The translations under genes and the position numbers were made by a program. Below the pieces are notes generated by a model. That model was not told the origin of the DNA, ran no database searches, and saw nothing but the letters and a program-made list of their open reading frames with translations. From the human T2T-CHM13v2.0 reference genome, Homo sapiens, in the NCBI RefSeq assembly GCF_009914755.1, contig NC_060931.1: a DNA stretch of 64,000 nucleotides; one strand, written 5' to 3'. This document shows positions 48,701 through 64,000 of this stretch, in pieces; position 1 is the stretch's first letter, and each line of letters begins with the position of its first letter.

Positions 48701-49837
48701 TGCTATGTTTCCTTCTCTTTCTTTGCAATTCCAACATGATCTTTTAAGTTCAGTTATTTTAGTCTCAGAAGAATCCTACCTACTATTTCCTATCCAAACT
48801 TCTCCACACCACACACACCTAACGTTTCAGCATATGGCAGCGCTTGGAGTAGGCATTTAATAAATTTCGAGTAAGTGGAATACATGCAGCAATGAAGTTT
48901 CCTTCATTTCACTCACAGAGAATCCCTGAAGTTAAGACTCACACTTTTTCTTCCTTGAGCAGCCCCTGATTTTTCAGCCTTGACGATCTTACAATACTCA
49001 TATCTTTACCTGCTCTTAATCTGGCTTCATTCTGAATCTAGTTTCTCTCTGAGCACCCTTCCCCACCAGGATTACCCATGTGATCCCACCCCACCCCACC
49101 AGATGCCTGGATGACAACAGATTTCAGGATACAGAGATATTTCTTCTTTTTCCTTTTTTCTCCCTTAACCTAGTGATTTATGATGATATAATTGTTAGAG
49201 ATATTTCTAATCTGAACTTTCTTTCACTTCTTCAGAATTGCCTCTCTCAGGAACTAATTTCTTCTCACTTATAGCATGGGACTATCTAAAAAAGAAAACC
49301 CTATGTTTTGTTATTTAGTTATACTCTACTTTATTCCAGAGAAGATTCTAGACACTTAACTGTGACTACATTATAGTTCTTTAGTGGCCAGCCAAAATAT
49401 TGGAGGAGGGTTTTAAATTATGGGCACATAAACTCATGCATATACAACTGGTAAACCTACCAGAAGCGTTTTTATATTGAAACAATTGTTGAAGTACTGT
49501 TTGTATGTCATTACTTAATTTAAAAATTGTATTCAATAGTATGAACAATCACATGTGTGACTTCTGAAATTTTATATTTCTCTAATTTAAGGCATGTAAT
49601 TCCTAAGGCTAAGGAGAAGCTCCTGCAGGCTGTCTTTGTCTTATCATAATTAGTCATCCACTTAAGTTTTGGAATTTGATTTATCACGGAAGACTAAACT
49701 TTAAATTCTTCAGTGGACTTTTAAAAGGCACTTTTGAGAGTAATTTAAATTTATTTATTTATTTTTAAAAAGCTGCTTTGTGGTGGACACATAGATGTTT
49801 AAGTTGAAGATACATTTATTTTCCTGTAAGGGAATTA

Positions 49838-50155
<318 letters not shown>

Positions 50156-50179
50156 ACACCAATGTGAGAATAATTACTC

Positions 50180-50640
50180 ACATTTTCTCCCTCCTAAGAT
50201 TTTTATTATAAATATAAATGTAATAAATGTTCAGATTATAAAATGTAGATCATACATGAAGTAAAAAGAAAATATCCCTCTAAACAACTGTGATAAACAG
50301 TATTAATATTTCTATGTATTTCTTTCTAGGATTTTTCTAAATATAAAATATAAATTTATATAATTCAAAATATGATTGAAATTGTATTACATATAGTTTT
50401 TTATATTTTATTTTTCTTTACTTGTCATTATGCTTAAACATTTTTTAAATCATATCATTAAAAGTTTCTTATAATAGAATGCTAATATACCATTCTATTA
50501 CACAGAAGTTGTAAAATTTCTGTAATCATCCTTCTGTTGTCTCACAACTATAATATTTTCCACGTTTAAAGGTATAAATCACTGTTCACATTTTGAAAAA
50601 TTTTCTCAGACTCTATTCTAAGAAGAGAAATTACTAAGCA
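50180..50640 (-). mobile_element. Old L1ME-like fragment
   Basis: AT-rich degenerate L1M 3' sequence ending attctaagaagagaaattacta. Confidence 0.45.
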
Positions 50641-50761
50641 GCAATTGGCTCAGTGTTTTATCTGTCACCCTCATGCTTACAAAGATGATCAAGTAAATCA
50701 GGAAATATAGGAGATACAACTTTTGCCTTAATTTCAATCTTGACCCCTAGGCTGCCTGTCA

Positions 50762-51105
<344 letters not shown>

Positions 51106-51324
51106 TCAGTTAATAAGAGTATTCCCTCAGCATAAGCAGTTTTGTGTCCTGGCTGGTCTCAGATGGCTCAGCATGGTGTAGTGCTAGGACAATGGGTAAA
51201 AGACAGAATTCTAGTTCTAGTCTTGGCTTGTTCATTATCTACTTGCATGATCTCAGCAACACTAACATCTCTGCTCCTTGGTTGCCAGGCCTATAAAATG
51301 AAGGAAGTGCATTATGTTTACTAA

Positions 51325-51486
<162 letters not shown>

Positions 51487-51636
51487 TGATTTTATGTTTA
51501 GGAGTTTAAGGTGACCCACGCAGTTTCAAAGGCTATTGCTTAAAGATGTGGCTGATTGGATTCCTGCCGTCGGCATTCCATGAAAGCCATGCTTTATTTG
51601 TAAATGAGGTGAGCACAGTTCTACTTGTTCTAGGTG

Positions 51637-51794
51637 AGTGCTGAGATTACAGATGTGAGCCACTGCACCCAGACTGACATCAGCTGTTCTTGACAGGCAG
51701 CCTATGTGTCATGATCGAAATTAAGGCAAAAGTTATATCTCTTACATTTCCTGATTTACTTGACCATCTTTGTAAGCATGAGGGTGACATGATA
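51637..51794 (-). repeat. Inverted dispersed copy of 50659-50815
   Basis: Reverse complement aligns with ~14 differences over ~157 bp. Confidence 0.93.
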
Positions 51795-52078
51795 GTCCTA
51801 GCTGTTCTAGTTCACACGGCTTATATTGAGGAAGTACCACGTTACCTGGAAGACTTGTCTGGCAGCTGCCTCCCATTCTCTGGCAAGCTCTTTCAGTTCT
51901 ATATATTGCAGTCTTCAAGAGAAGTTCTAGAGACAATTATCTGGAAGCTTTTGCTCACTGATAATCTAACCCTTCCATCTGCTATACAAGGAGATATGCA
52001 AAACATGCAATGTTAGTTCTCCAGTAATGCCCACTCATCAACCATTTGTCACCCATCCAATAGACAAAGACAAATCTA

Positions 52079-52439
<361 letters not shown>

Positions 52440-52683
52440 TCAAAATGTCTTTTCGAGCACAAGATACAGGAATGTATTATTAATTTTCCATTGATCTTCA
52501 GCCTAAAGTAAAGGTTTACAGAGCAGCAACTGTAGCCAATCTATCATGTGACTATAACATGAAGGAACTGCCAAAATCTCATGTGACATCAAGAGGAGTA
52601 TTCACAGGGCTATCCACACTCACCCTCAAATAGAAAGAGATGGCCACTCACAGAAAGATCTCAGAGAAAAGTTTGTTATATTG

Positions 52684-53135
<452 letters not shown>

Positions 53136-53942
53136 AATACATATTCTAGAGAGACTAACCCAGGGACAGTCAAAGTAGTGAAACCAAGAGTGTGGATGCT
53201 AGAGCATAATAATTGAAGGTAGTCCTCGCAGAATTTGGCTGTCAGAGATGAAGTAGCTAAGCCTAAGAAACCACCTGGATAAGAGGCTAAACCAACAACA
53301 GCAACAAGCTCTTTACAGAATAACAATCTACAGGTCAGTGATACATTAAACTAGTCAAATATCAGATCTTATCAATTGACACCTCTCTTAGCTAGTAATG
53401 TTATCTCTGGTTTTCTCTTACCATATAAATAATAGTGATAGATTACTAATAGAGTGGAATATTGTTGAATATTGGCTCACAGGAACCATCTGTTTTTCTT
53501 GCATTTTTTCCAGATAAGGTTTTTTTTTTTCCACATTTAAATGATCTGCATCTTGAAGTATCTGCCATTTATAAAGGGAGTTCAATATACCACAGCACCT
53601 AGGAATATGAGTGGGAGGAACCCTGTTTCATAGTTACTTTGTCCTGGAGGCACTCCCTCTTGTCCAAGTTTCAGCCAGGGAATCAATGGGGGAGCAAACC
53701 AAGATCAATTTTAATTGATTGTTCTGGTTTTTAAATAATTTGCATTCTTCCCTAATACTTGACAGAATGACCACAGTACTTGAGTTTTGTACCCTGTAAT
53801 TTTAACTCTAATTCTTAAAGCATTTTACTGTACAGCAACTTTTGCATCTACAAACAGCATACTGCCCTCATGGTTTGTCAGAGGAAATAGGGGAGCAGAA
53901 TAAAGGGGGAAATGTGACAAAAACGTGCTTTTATTTGTGTAC

Positions 53943-53944
<2 letters not shown>

Positions 53945-53983
<39 letters not shown>
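53945..53983 (+). repeat. (CA)n microsatellite
   Basis: ~19 units. Confidence 0.95.
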
Positions 53984-53986
<3 letters not shown>

Positions 53987-54380
53987 TCTAGCTGCCATGG
54001 TTCCCATTGCTGTTATTAAAATGTTGTGTAGGGAATAAAATTTTGCAAATATTAAATTGATGCGCTTTAATTTGTTCTTAAATCATGTTTGCAGACTTCT
54101 GCCTCCAAAATTATGTCATAAGGTTAGTTGCCCCAAAGCAGGAGACAGCAGCATTGGGAATGGTCTTTAAAATCAGGTTTGGATGCTACAGTACACTGGT
54201 AATCGCTTTAGCAAATGGTTAGCAAATGTGGCAGATGGCATTGGTTGTCTACCCAGCAGTGATTCTCTGCTTCTAATCTTGCTAATAGAATCCAGACTGT
54301 GGGGCATTCATTGTGCCCAGCCTTTGGAGTGTCTAAGTAATTCAAATGACTAAAAAATACTTACAGAGACTATATAAATT

Positions 54381-54540
54381 AGTGGTTCTCCATTTTGATG
54401 GTATATTACATTCGACTGAGGAGCTTAAAAATACTGAAATCAGGGATCTACTCCCATAAATTCTGGTTTAATTAATCTAGAGTGAGACAAGGCATTGATA
54501 TTTGTAAAAGCTCAAAAGTAGCTATGGATGAGAATCATTG
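54381..54540. mobile_element. MER5-like hAT MITE
   Basis: agtggttctcc...gaggagcttaaaaatactg...aattctggtttaattaatctagagtgagac. Confidence 0.55.
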
Positions 54541-55414
54541 GTTTTAATTTTTGAAATCATCACATTTTAAAACAAGTTGGTCTATTCTCAGTTCTCTCTT
54601 TACTTCCAGTTATGAGAATATATAAAGACAAAATAATGAATAATATGGATACTACACTGGAAAACTGCCAACATCTCATTTAATACCAAGAGCAGTAATT
54701 ACAGGGCCAAGTACACAGCATTAATGAAACTAAATTTCCTTTGTATCTCTGAGTCAGTCTGAGAAAACGTGTGGACTGCCTAAATAATATCCATTTTTGA
54801 GTCCTGTCATTGGTAAGATATTTTCCATACACACTCATTAAACATTTATAACATTACAAAAATGTGGAATTAGTATCCATCCCCATTTTATAGATGAGAA
54901 TATTGAGGCATGACAGGAATATAGTTAGTAGAATCAACCCAGATTTCTTGGGCTCCAGAGTTCATAATCTTTCTACTCTACTGTTACTGCTTTTCAAAAG
55001 CTGTCTCTTTTCACCCCCTTCCCAATATCAGATCCTCTGCTTATATAGGGCAAAGCCAGCATTGGAATTTGCCATTTCTGTCTAATACTTCAGCTCCTAA
55101 ATTTTAGATTCAATATAGTCATGAGCCAGTTCTATTGGATTACTTTTTGGGACCAAGACTGTGTCTACCAGTCCAAGTCCTCAAGGCCAACCCCTTCAGC
55201 TCCTGGGAGCATTCCAGTGCCTCCAATCCTAGAGGAATGACAGCAATTACCATGAGCTTCTTGGTGTTCATTTTTAGAAACTGTTTTTCCCTTCTGGAAA
55301 TATTTGTCCTGAATCATCAAGAATTAAATTCATCAGTACATTGTGTCTCAGTCACTTTGGGATGTAAATGATCAGGATTGGCCATCACATCCAGCAGGCT
55401 GACTGGATAAAAAT

Positions 55415-55730
<316 letters not shown>

Positions 55731-57775
55731 CAGATTTCAATTTTAACAAAACATTTCTTGTCATGCATTTTAACTGTTAATGCGCCTTATAAGAGGGACT
55801 ATGATGTTCCAGAACAAAATTTAGTTTCAAGTCTGAATTTTCTCTTTTGGCCTACTAGTGACTGAAAATGCCCTAGACGATTTGTTATTGTTAGTATTTT
55901 GCTTAGCTGTCAACAAAATCTTCTTTACCTATAATCAGTGGATATGGGGAAAAAAAATCTCAAGCCAATATTAACTCACTTGATTTATTTTGTTTCTGAT
56001 ATTTCTCTTACTTTACTCATTTTTCAGTTCATTGCATCTAAGCTGTTGAATTCTATTAGGCAGGGCCATTTTCCAAATGACCAAAGCAGTTGTAAAAAAT
56101 ATTACTGTTAAGTTTCTGAATAATATAGTACCTCAATTCATGTTCATTTGCACTCCCTGAACTTGCTGGGGTTTTTTTGGGTAAATATGACAGAGGTGTA
56201 TTGATCTCTTAAGTGCTTAATCAAGCTCTGTTAATACTGCTAGCCATAAACTACCTATCAGAATGGCATGGCTTGGAAATGTTTGCATGTATGAGTCAAA
56301 CTTAAATAAAATAATTTATCACAAGACTACTTTTCTGGACTTACTGGGAATGCATACTAGATTTTTTTTTTTTGCATGGTGTTATTAACCTACATGTTGG
56401 CTTTGTCTAATTCTATGTAAAGTATGCTGATTTATTAGAATGCTCACTCTACAGTAAACTGATAATTGGATGCTCTTGAAAGAATGAGTTTCATTGATCT
56501 AGTCAATGACCACAGATATTACTGAAGTAAACCTCTTAACAGTGTTGGGGCGTATTTTGGCCATGATCAATGTTTCTGGATCTTCCCTTGTATTTTTTGT
56601 TTTGTTTTGTTTTATTTGGCACTATCTGCATTGATTTAAATCTGCAACAAATTTAATGTGCTAAATTTATCTTGACACAAAATTTCATTACTTTTCTGGA
56701 GATGCGAACTTTTCTTTGTTTATTATAGATTAAAAATCTTCCCTGACAGTCTTTGAAAATAATCTATTTGTACTTACGTCAATATGCATCAGTGGTTGAC
56801 AATAAGTAAAGTGAAAAATTAAAGCCATCGCCCTTAAAATAATTGAATTACATTTCTTTTCTTTTTGTTTTTAAAGCCATTGCAAGGATCTACCTTGGTG
56901 CCCTCTAAAGAAATTCTGAATTTTCTGAGAACAAGAGGTCTAGTCCCATATGTGGAAGTCTTTTCTGTATGTCTCTGAGTAGAAAGTGAGAATTGATATG
57001 CCAAGGGATGAGTAATGAGCCTCATCTTGATGCAGAGTCCCCAAGAACCAACTTTTACTGAGGAGCATGCAGGCAACTTTATACCCCATTTGACAACATT
57101 AAACCCAAAAGAAGAAAATCAGACACTGGTTCGAAACTATGTGCAGATTGCTTATCAATCCTCTGACATATACATAATGAAAAGATGTAAAATATACAGT
57201 TTAATGGCATTTTGTTAGAATTACAAGACAAAGAGGGAAAAACCCCACGGTATGAATATGTATGCCATACTTTCTGGTTAGAGTAGAAGCTACTTGAGAA
57301 TGTTTGATTTTTTTGTTCCCCATTTTAATGTTCAGGAAGTTAAAATTTTCTCTAGGTATAAAGAAAATAAGGGTCACCATGTTTATTTGATTGGTTTTCT
57401 TTGAAAAAATAGTATAAAAAGCTATACATGCATATAGTAATAAGTTCAAAAGGTAGCAAAAGGGATTTGAGGCAAAAAATAAGCCTCCTCCCTCCTAAAA
57501 GTATTAGGTAATAGGCTACCTAAGATCTTCCTGAAGACAGCCAGCTACCTGTTTCTTGCATATCCTGCCCTAGACACGTTCAATGCATTCACAAATATAT
57601 ATACGTATGTAAATATATGTGTATGTGTGTATATATATTACGCACCTGCATTCAACACATACACATACACAAATGATAGCATGTTGCACAGTGTCTTCTA
57701 CTTCGTTGTTTTTCATTTAATAATGCTTTTTGAAGAGTTTTTTTTATATCATTGCACGCAGAGTTGTTCCATGCC

Positions 57776-58077
<302 letters not shown>

Positions 58078-58390
58078 TGTTTCATGCTTTTAAAAAACTG
58101 CATAATATTTTATCAATGTAGCATAATCTATTTAAGCAGTCCTCCATTGATGGACATTTAGGTCGTTTCCAATTCCTTGCTATATTGAATAATGTTTTAA
58201 TAAATATCATTTTACATAGATTATTTCTTACATATGCAAGTATATCTTTAGGATATACACATATGTGGAATTTAAGAATACGTTTAATTAAAATTTTGGC
58301 AAGCTTTGCCAGTGTGATATTTGGGCATTTAACAATCAGTGTCGCACAGACTCCAATCCATCAGAATGGATGTTGGCTGTAGACAGCTGG

Positions 58391-58508
58391 AAGTATTAGG
58401 TAATAGGCTACCTAAGATCTTCCTGGAGACAGCCAGCTACCTGTTTCTTGCATATCCTGCCACAGACACGTTCAATGCATTCACAAATATATATATGTAT
58501 GTATATAT
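58391..58508 (+). repeat. Direct dispersed copy of 57499-57617
   Basis: aagtattaggtaataggctacctaagatcttcctg...cacaaatatatata, ~4-5 differences. Confidence 0.95.
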
Positions 58509-59118
58509 CATGTCAGATGAGAATATTGTCAAACTGCTCTTCAAAGATGTAATTGATTGTCCTCCCTTAAATAAGTTATGAGGACAGGTACTATAGTTTT
58601 CCATTACTATTCCTATTTATAGAATTAGCTAACTCTCGATGGTTTTTAAATAATCATTACTACCAATAAAATGTTACCTGAGACCACTGGTGAATTGTAG
58701 TCATAAAGGTGCTATATTTAGACTGCATGTTAAGTATATTAAATATGTTATGTTATTCATTACAAAGAAAAATTAAATATTGTCTATCAACGTTAACATC
58801 ACATAGAGCTCCTTCCTGATGTAGCTGAAAAAATGACCAAAGCAGGGGGCTTAACTGCCTCTTTTTTTGGAAGGTAAACTTCATGGGGGCAGGAACTTGT
58901 TTTGTTCTTTTTCCCCACAATAATATCTTCAACATCTAGAAAAATGTCTGGTAGTGGTAACTAAATATTTCCTTGCTGAATACATATATAAACATTGAAC
59001 TGAAATACAGAGTCTTAGCTACAAGGACAAGGAAAAATTGTAAATATTCGTATAGTCACACTTACTTTTCTTGTTACATCTATTTTCTGTTTCCTAACAT
59101 TTGGAGATTGGCCACTTG

Positions 59119-59423
59119 TTTATTATTATTATTATTAGAGATGGAGGTCTTGGTCTATTACACAGGTTGGAGTGCAGTGACACAATCACGGCTCTCTGCA
59201 GCCTTAGTCACCTGGGCTCCAGCAATCCTCCCGCCTCAGCCTCTCAAATAGCTGGGGCTACAGGCATGCACCACCATGCCTGGCTAATTTTTAAAGTTTT
59301 TTTTTGCAGAGGTGGAGTCTCATGATGTTGCCCAGGCTGGTCTTGAACACCTGGGCTCAAAAAATTCTCCCACCTTGGTTTTCCAAAGTGTTGGGATTAC
59401 AGGTGTGAGCCACTGTGCCCAGC
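59119..59423 (-). mobile_element. AluJ with (TTA)n tail
   Basis: TSD tggagattggccactt/tggagactggccactt. Confidence 0.88.
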
Positions 59424-60187
59424 CATGGAGACTGGCCACTTATTAAAGAGGTATCCTGAAGTCAAAATTGTTAAAACAAAGCCTATATTTCACTAGGAAG
59501 AAATCCTTGAGGAAGAGTGTCTATGTTTGAATATTCTTAAGCCATGGTTATTGCTGAAATTTGTACATTTTATAATATGGTAATTGTATTTAGCTAGCTG
59601 ATGTCTTTTGTTTTGGAGGGCTGGGGTGTAGATACTTGTGAATGTAGAATTTAGCACCTGAAGCAGTAATTATGTGTACTTAGAAATTACAGGGTAGGAA
59701 CTGGAAATTGGAATGGAAAAGGCAGGTTATGGAAAATAATATGCAATATATAGATTTATATGTTAAGTACTGTGGGGACACATAGCAAAAAATGCTTGTG
59801 ATACCTTAAAACAAAGTTGCTAACTTTCTTAATTCTCTCCCGCCTCCCTGCCACCTGCAGTTCATGAGAAACAGTGAGGCAAAGTCATGGAACAAGATGA
59901 TGATTCCAAAACACCACAATATCAACACTGAATTCAATGCAGTCTCATAAATTGAGACTGTCTGGGAAATGCTTGGTGTAGGAATATGGTTTCACATCTA
60001 ATGCAAAGTCTTCACAACAAACTGCATTATTTGGACTGTTTTTTAAACTTTTCTCCCATGGAAATATAATTCTGTATTGTAAACACAGGAAGTTGAGATG
60101 ACTGAAAAAACAACACAGAATTTCAGATAAACAAGGACTAGCTAAATGTAGTAGGTGAGACTATATAGGAACCTTAAAAGAGTATGA

Positions 60188-60487
<300 letters not shown>

Positions 60488-60504
60488 TTGAATGCTACAT
60501 AATT

Positions 60505-60633
60505 TTTAGGAAAGACTCTAACTGTAAGCTTCATGAAGAGTGGGTTTCTTTGGTTCACCATTAATTCCTGCACCTAGCACCCTGCACAAAGTAGGTACTA
60601 ACCAAATATTTGTTGAATGAATTCATGAATGAA
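60505..60633 (+). mobile_element. L2 3' end
   Basis: actgtaagcttcatgaagagtggg...cctagcaccctgcacaaagtaggtactaaccaaatatttgttgaatgaa. Confidence 0.8.
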
Positions 60634-61013
60634 AAGGAAGAATGTTCTTTGTCAGGCTAACATAGGGGAATCTCAGCAAAAGCAACAAGTGGTCATCATT
60701 TGTTAAAATGTTGAACTTCATAAAGGGAAGGGATAAAGCGTGAGTTATTAAATAATGCCTGTGATATCCAGCCCGTATTCCATTAAGCCCCAGGCTAAAG
60801 GGTGAACAGTTAATTTCATAGCTGTACTAAATAGTTATATCGCATATCAGTCAAGGTGATATATGCCTCTAAATCCCTCGGAAAGCACCCAAGGGCAGAG
60901 GCCAGAAATCATTATAAGCTTGACTAGGAAAACCACTAATAAAGTGGGTCATGGAACTTTTTTTTTAATGCCAAGAAAATAATGTAATAATGGGATTGTG
61001 TCTTTCCTCATTT

Positions 61014-61734
61014 CCTTTGAAAATGCTTTTAGTATTAGGATCTTTTCAATCAAAGGATTTAGGAATATTCTAACAATGAAAGTTTCTGTGTTTTACATTC
61101 AGTACTTATTAAAGTGGATACCTTCTGAGTTGTATTATCAGATTAACATCTCTATGAATCAAAAAGGAGAGAGAGGGGAGTTTATTGGGCTTTGTAAAGA
61201 TATTTACATTAGGAAGGCTGACAATTACTAAAGTTTTATTTGAGGGTAGTAAATGGGAAGATTTTCTGTGTGAACATTGAATGTAGATAATAATAATGGA
61301 AGAAAGTTTAATAGATAAGGCTTTAGAATTTTACAAAGAGCTTTCACTTATAATATGCAATTAAGCATATTGGAAAAGCTATTGAAAATAAAGCATCGTT
61401 CCACATTAAAGAAATGAGGCCTGGAAGCAATATTCACAATTAACATCAGGTTAGTTCATCATCCTTTGATTTACAGTGATTTAACAATGTAGCATGGCAC
61501 ACATTTTTCAAAATCCAATTGCTAATCTTTTTCAGGTCAAAATGAATTGGAACATGATTAGAACTTCATCTTGGTGTTCTGACCTGAAATGAAAATGCAT
61601 GTACCAGTGCTATCAAGTTTGCATTACTTCTAGGTACTACATCATGTTTCTAGGATGGTTTTTCATCATCACAGCAACTGCACCTTGCTGGCTTATCCCT
61701 TTTTATTCCTGGAAGAGTTGGAATTCCCTTTGAA
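61014..61734. promoter_or_regulatory. Candidate Wnt-responsive enhancer (4 TCF/LEF consensus sites)
   Basis: CCTTTGAA 61014 and 61727, ATCAAAGG 61049, CCTTTGAT 61463 in repeat-free DNA; function is inferred only. Confidence 0.3.
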
Positions 61735-62808
61735 GTAAAAGGAAGTTCTGCATGTGAGATAAATGTGGAGTCTCACTGTGGAGGTGGTAGAATAAACAGG
61801 GGTTGGGATGAACATAGATACTATTCCAATCCTTTGTGTGTTCCTTTTCTTCTATCCCAAAACTTCCTAGTGAAGCACTTTTCTAGAAGTCTTCCCTACT
61901 CACCTACAAAGTGATGTGGTAAAACAAATTTTCACCTTTTAATCAAGAAAGATATTAGTTAAGACGTGATTTAGCAATTTCCAAGGAATCTCTGATTTTT
62001 GCAAAACATATTGGGGAAGGGATCGAATTCTTCAGTGTTTCCTTTGGGATCATGCAATAAAGATGCAGCCTTGCTAATTGGTGAACAAAGCTGATTGGCT
62101 GGGATCGCCTTGGAATACTGCATTCAAATTTGGGTAATTCCCCCCAACTTAAGGTTACTGGCTTGTGCAATGTTAGATTGTAAAAACTAAAAGAATAGAG
62201 GAAAGACTTAACAATTCATCCCCAAATGCTTTTCTACATATTTTTAATCATATCTATGTGTACTCTAATAAGCAAGATAGACACTCATATAAATTTCTTC
62301 TCAGAGCTTCTGGGCAGATACAACCTGCTTTAAGAAAACTATATGTGAAAATCCAAATTTAACCTTGTTTTTTTTTTTTTTTAAAACAAGATAACGTTCC
62401 CCTTGAGAGCCTGTGAGAAACCAAAGGGAAGCTATATCCATTTGCTTAGTTCTGAAGGAGTTTCTATATTTTAAATGTTTAAGGGTCTTCTGAAGGGGGA
62501 GCAGTTTGTTTTAGCTAAGGGCCTGCAGCCACAAAGAGATTTGTGAATTTTCTACATACCTACGAAATCTAGCACTTCTTGTAGAGCAGCACTGGTAGTT
62601 TTGGGGGCATGATGGTTATGAGAAATTTGAGAATGAGCTAGAAATAGACTTTCTGGGAAAATATGGGCTGAAACGGATTCTCCAGCCCTTGATACTACGT
62701 AACAACAGACTCATAGTTGTACTTATTCGATGAAATGAGACAAATCTTAAGAGCACTGGAGGCTGAAAATGTGACTCTCTGTGGGCCATTTTACTTTTCT
62801 CTTCACAG

Positions 62809-62885
62809 GAGTCAATGAAGCAAGTTCATGAGACTCTGAGGCAAGGACACCAAACCAGGGGTTTTAGCTCCTACCCATGGTACTG
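62809..62885 (+). other. Candidate 77-nt non-coding exon
   Basis: Acceptor ttttacttttctcttcacag| and donor CTG|GTAAGT both near consensus. Confidence 0.35.
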
Positions 62886-63319
62886 GTAAGTGATTAAAGA
62901 GCTGCAGCTTCACAAGAGACAGCAAGGGCAAGGCTAGGGCCATAAGATTTCCTAAGTCTTGAAAGCAGGGAAAAGGCAGCTTGCCCATGCTTTTACTGGA
63001 AACAGCAAAATTCAAAGTCAGGAATTCCAAACTGTCAGAGGAAAAAGTGGATCATGGTTTTGTGGGTCCTGAAGCTTATACAACTTTCAGAATACAGAAT
63101 AAGGTGTAGTGTAGGGCCCTCCAAGAAATCTGTGTTAAAGAAAGGTCCTGAAGCTTATGATATGATCTATAACGTATCTTTATCCCTCGCTGTGTAAAGC
63201 ATAACATACGTCACTCTTTTTTCTATTGACACCTTGATATAACATCACTCTTGAGTAGTAGTAATAATAATAATTTGTTGAGCTCTTGTTATGTGCTAAG
63301 TTCTATGTTAGAACCTTCC

Positions 63320-63440
63320 TGCATTAGTTTGCTAGGGCTGTTGTAACCCAGTGCCACAAATTGGGTGGCTTAAAGCAACACAAATTTATTTTCTGAGCTC
63401 CGGAGGCTTAAAGACCAAAACGAGTGCATCAACAGAGCCA
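63320..63440 (-). mobile_element. MLT1 (A-C-like) LTR 3' fragment
   Basis: tgcattagtttgctagggctgttgtaacccagtgccacaaattgggtggcttaaagcaacacaaatttatt. Confidence 0.7.
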
Positions 63441-63485
63441 AATCTCGACCATACCACAAGTTACTTAACACCCCGTAGACCTTAG

Positions 63486-64000
63486 TTTCTTTCTGTTTTT
63501 AATTATTATTATAGTTTAGGTTCTAGGGTACATGTGCACAACGTGCAGGTTTGATACACAGGTATACATGTGCCGTGTTGGTTTGCTGCATCCATCAACT
63601 CATCATTTACATTAGGTATTTCTCCTAATGCTATCCCTCCCCCAGCCCCCCACCCCGCAACAGGCCCCAGTGTGTGATGTTCCCCGCCCTGTTTCCAAGT
63701 GATCTCATTGTTCAATTCCCACCTATGAGTAAGAACATGCAGTGTTTGGTTTTCTGTCCTTGTGATAGTTTGCTGAGAATGATGATTTCTAGCTGCATCC
63801 ATGTCCCTGCAAAGGACATGAACTCATCCTTTTTTATGGCTGCATAGTATTCCATGGTGCATACGTGCCATGTTTTCTTAATCCAGTCTATCATTGTTGG
63901 ACATTCGGGTTGGTTCCAAGTTTTTGCTATTGTGAATAGTGCCACAATAAACATACGTGTGCATGTGTCTTTTTAGTAGCATGATTTATAATCCTTTGGG
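63486..64000 (-). mobile_element. L1PA (L1PA7/8-like) 3'UTR and ORF2 end, runs off window
   Basis: gggtacatgtgcacaacgtgcaggtttg... L1 3'UTR; ORF track [26 protein letters not shown]. Confidence 0.93.

Noticed and set aside
63045-63160. gtcctgaagcttat repeated ~80 bp apart
   Set aside because: Resembles a decayed hAT-Tip100-type (ORSL-like) fragment; not counted as a templated duplication and too uncertain to annotate.

Overview
Primate (catarrhine, possibly human) non-coding genomic DNA, AT-rich, with no credible intact protein-coding gene. It contains two processed ribosomal-protein pseudogenes on the + strand (RPL23 at ~7.35-7.89 kb, RPS26 at ~23.67-24.11 kb). Repeats include about 37 Alu/FAM/FRAM/FLAM elements, two L1PA 3' fragments, old L1M/L2/MIR pieces, solo LTRs (LTR18-like nested in an Alu, MER61-like, LTR33-like, MLT1), a near-complete MLT1 MaLR provirus and hAT MITEs. 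From memory, an RPL23+RPS26 pseudogene pair like this fits human 7p21 (RPL23P8/RPS26P30/LINC01162, SP8-SP4 gene desert), but I could not verify that. I found no new gene system. The most unusual signal is at least six local templated duplications of different ages (18-295 bp, donors within 2.5 kb, one inverted). One sits in a ~680 bp scrambled fold-back scar, and another creates an Alu hairpin with a 9-nt loop. There are also candidate enhancer motif clusters (TCF/LEF, homeodomain, octamer) and candidate lncRNA exons. Repeat subfamily names come from recalled consensus sequences, and old-repeat boundaries are approximate.
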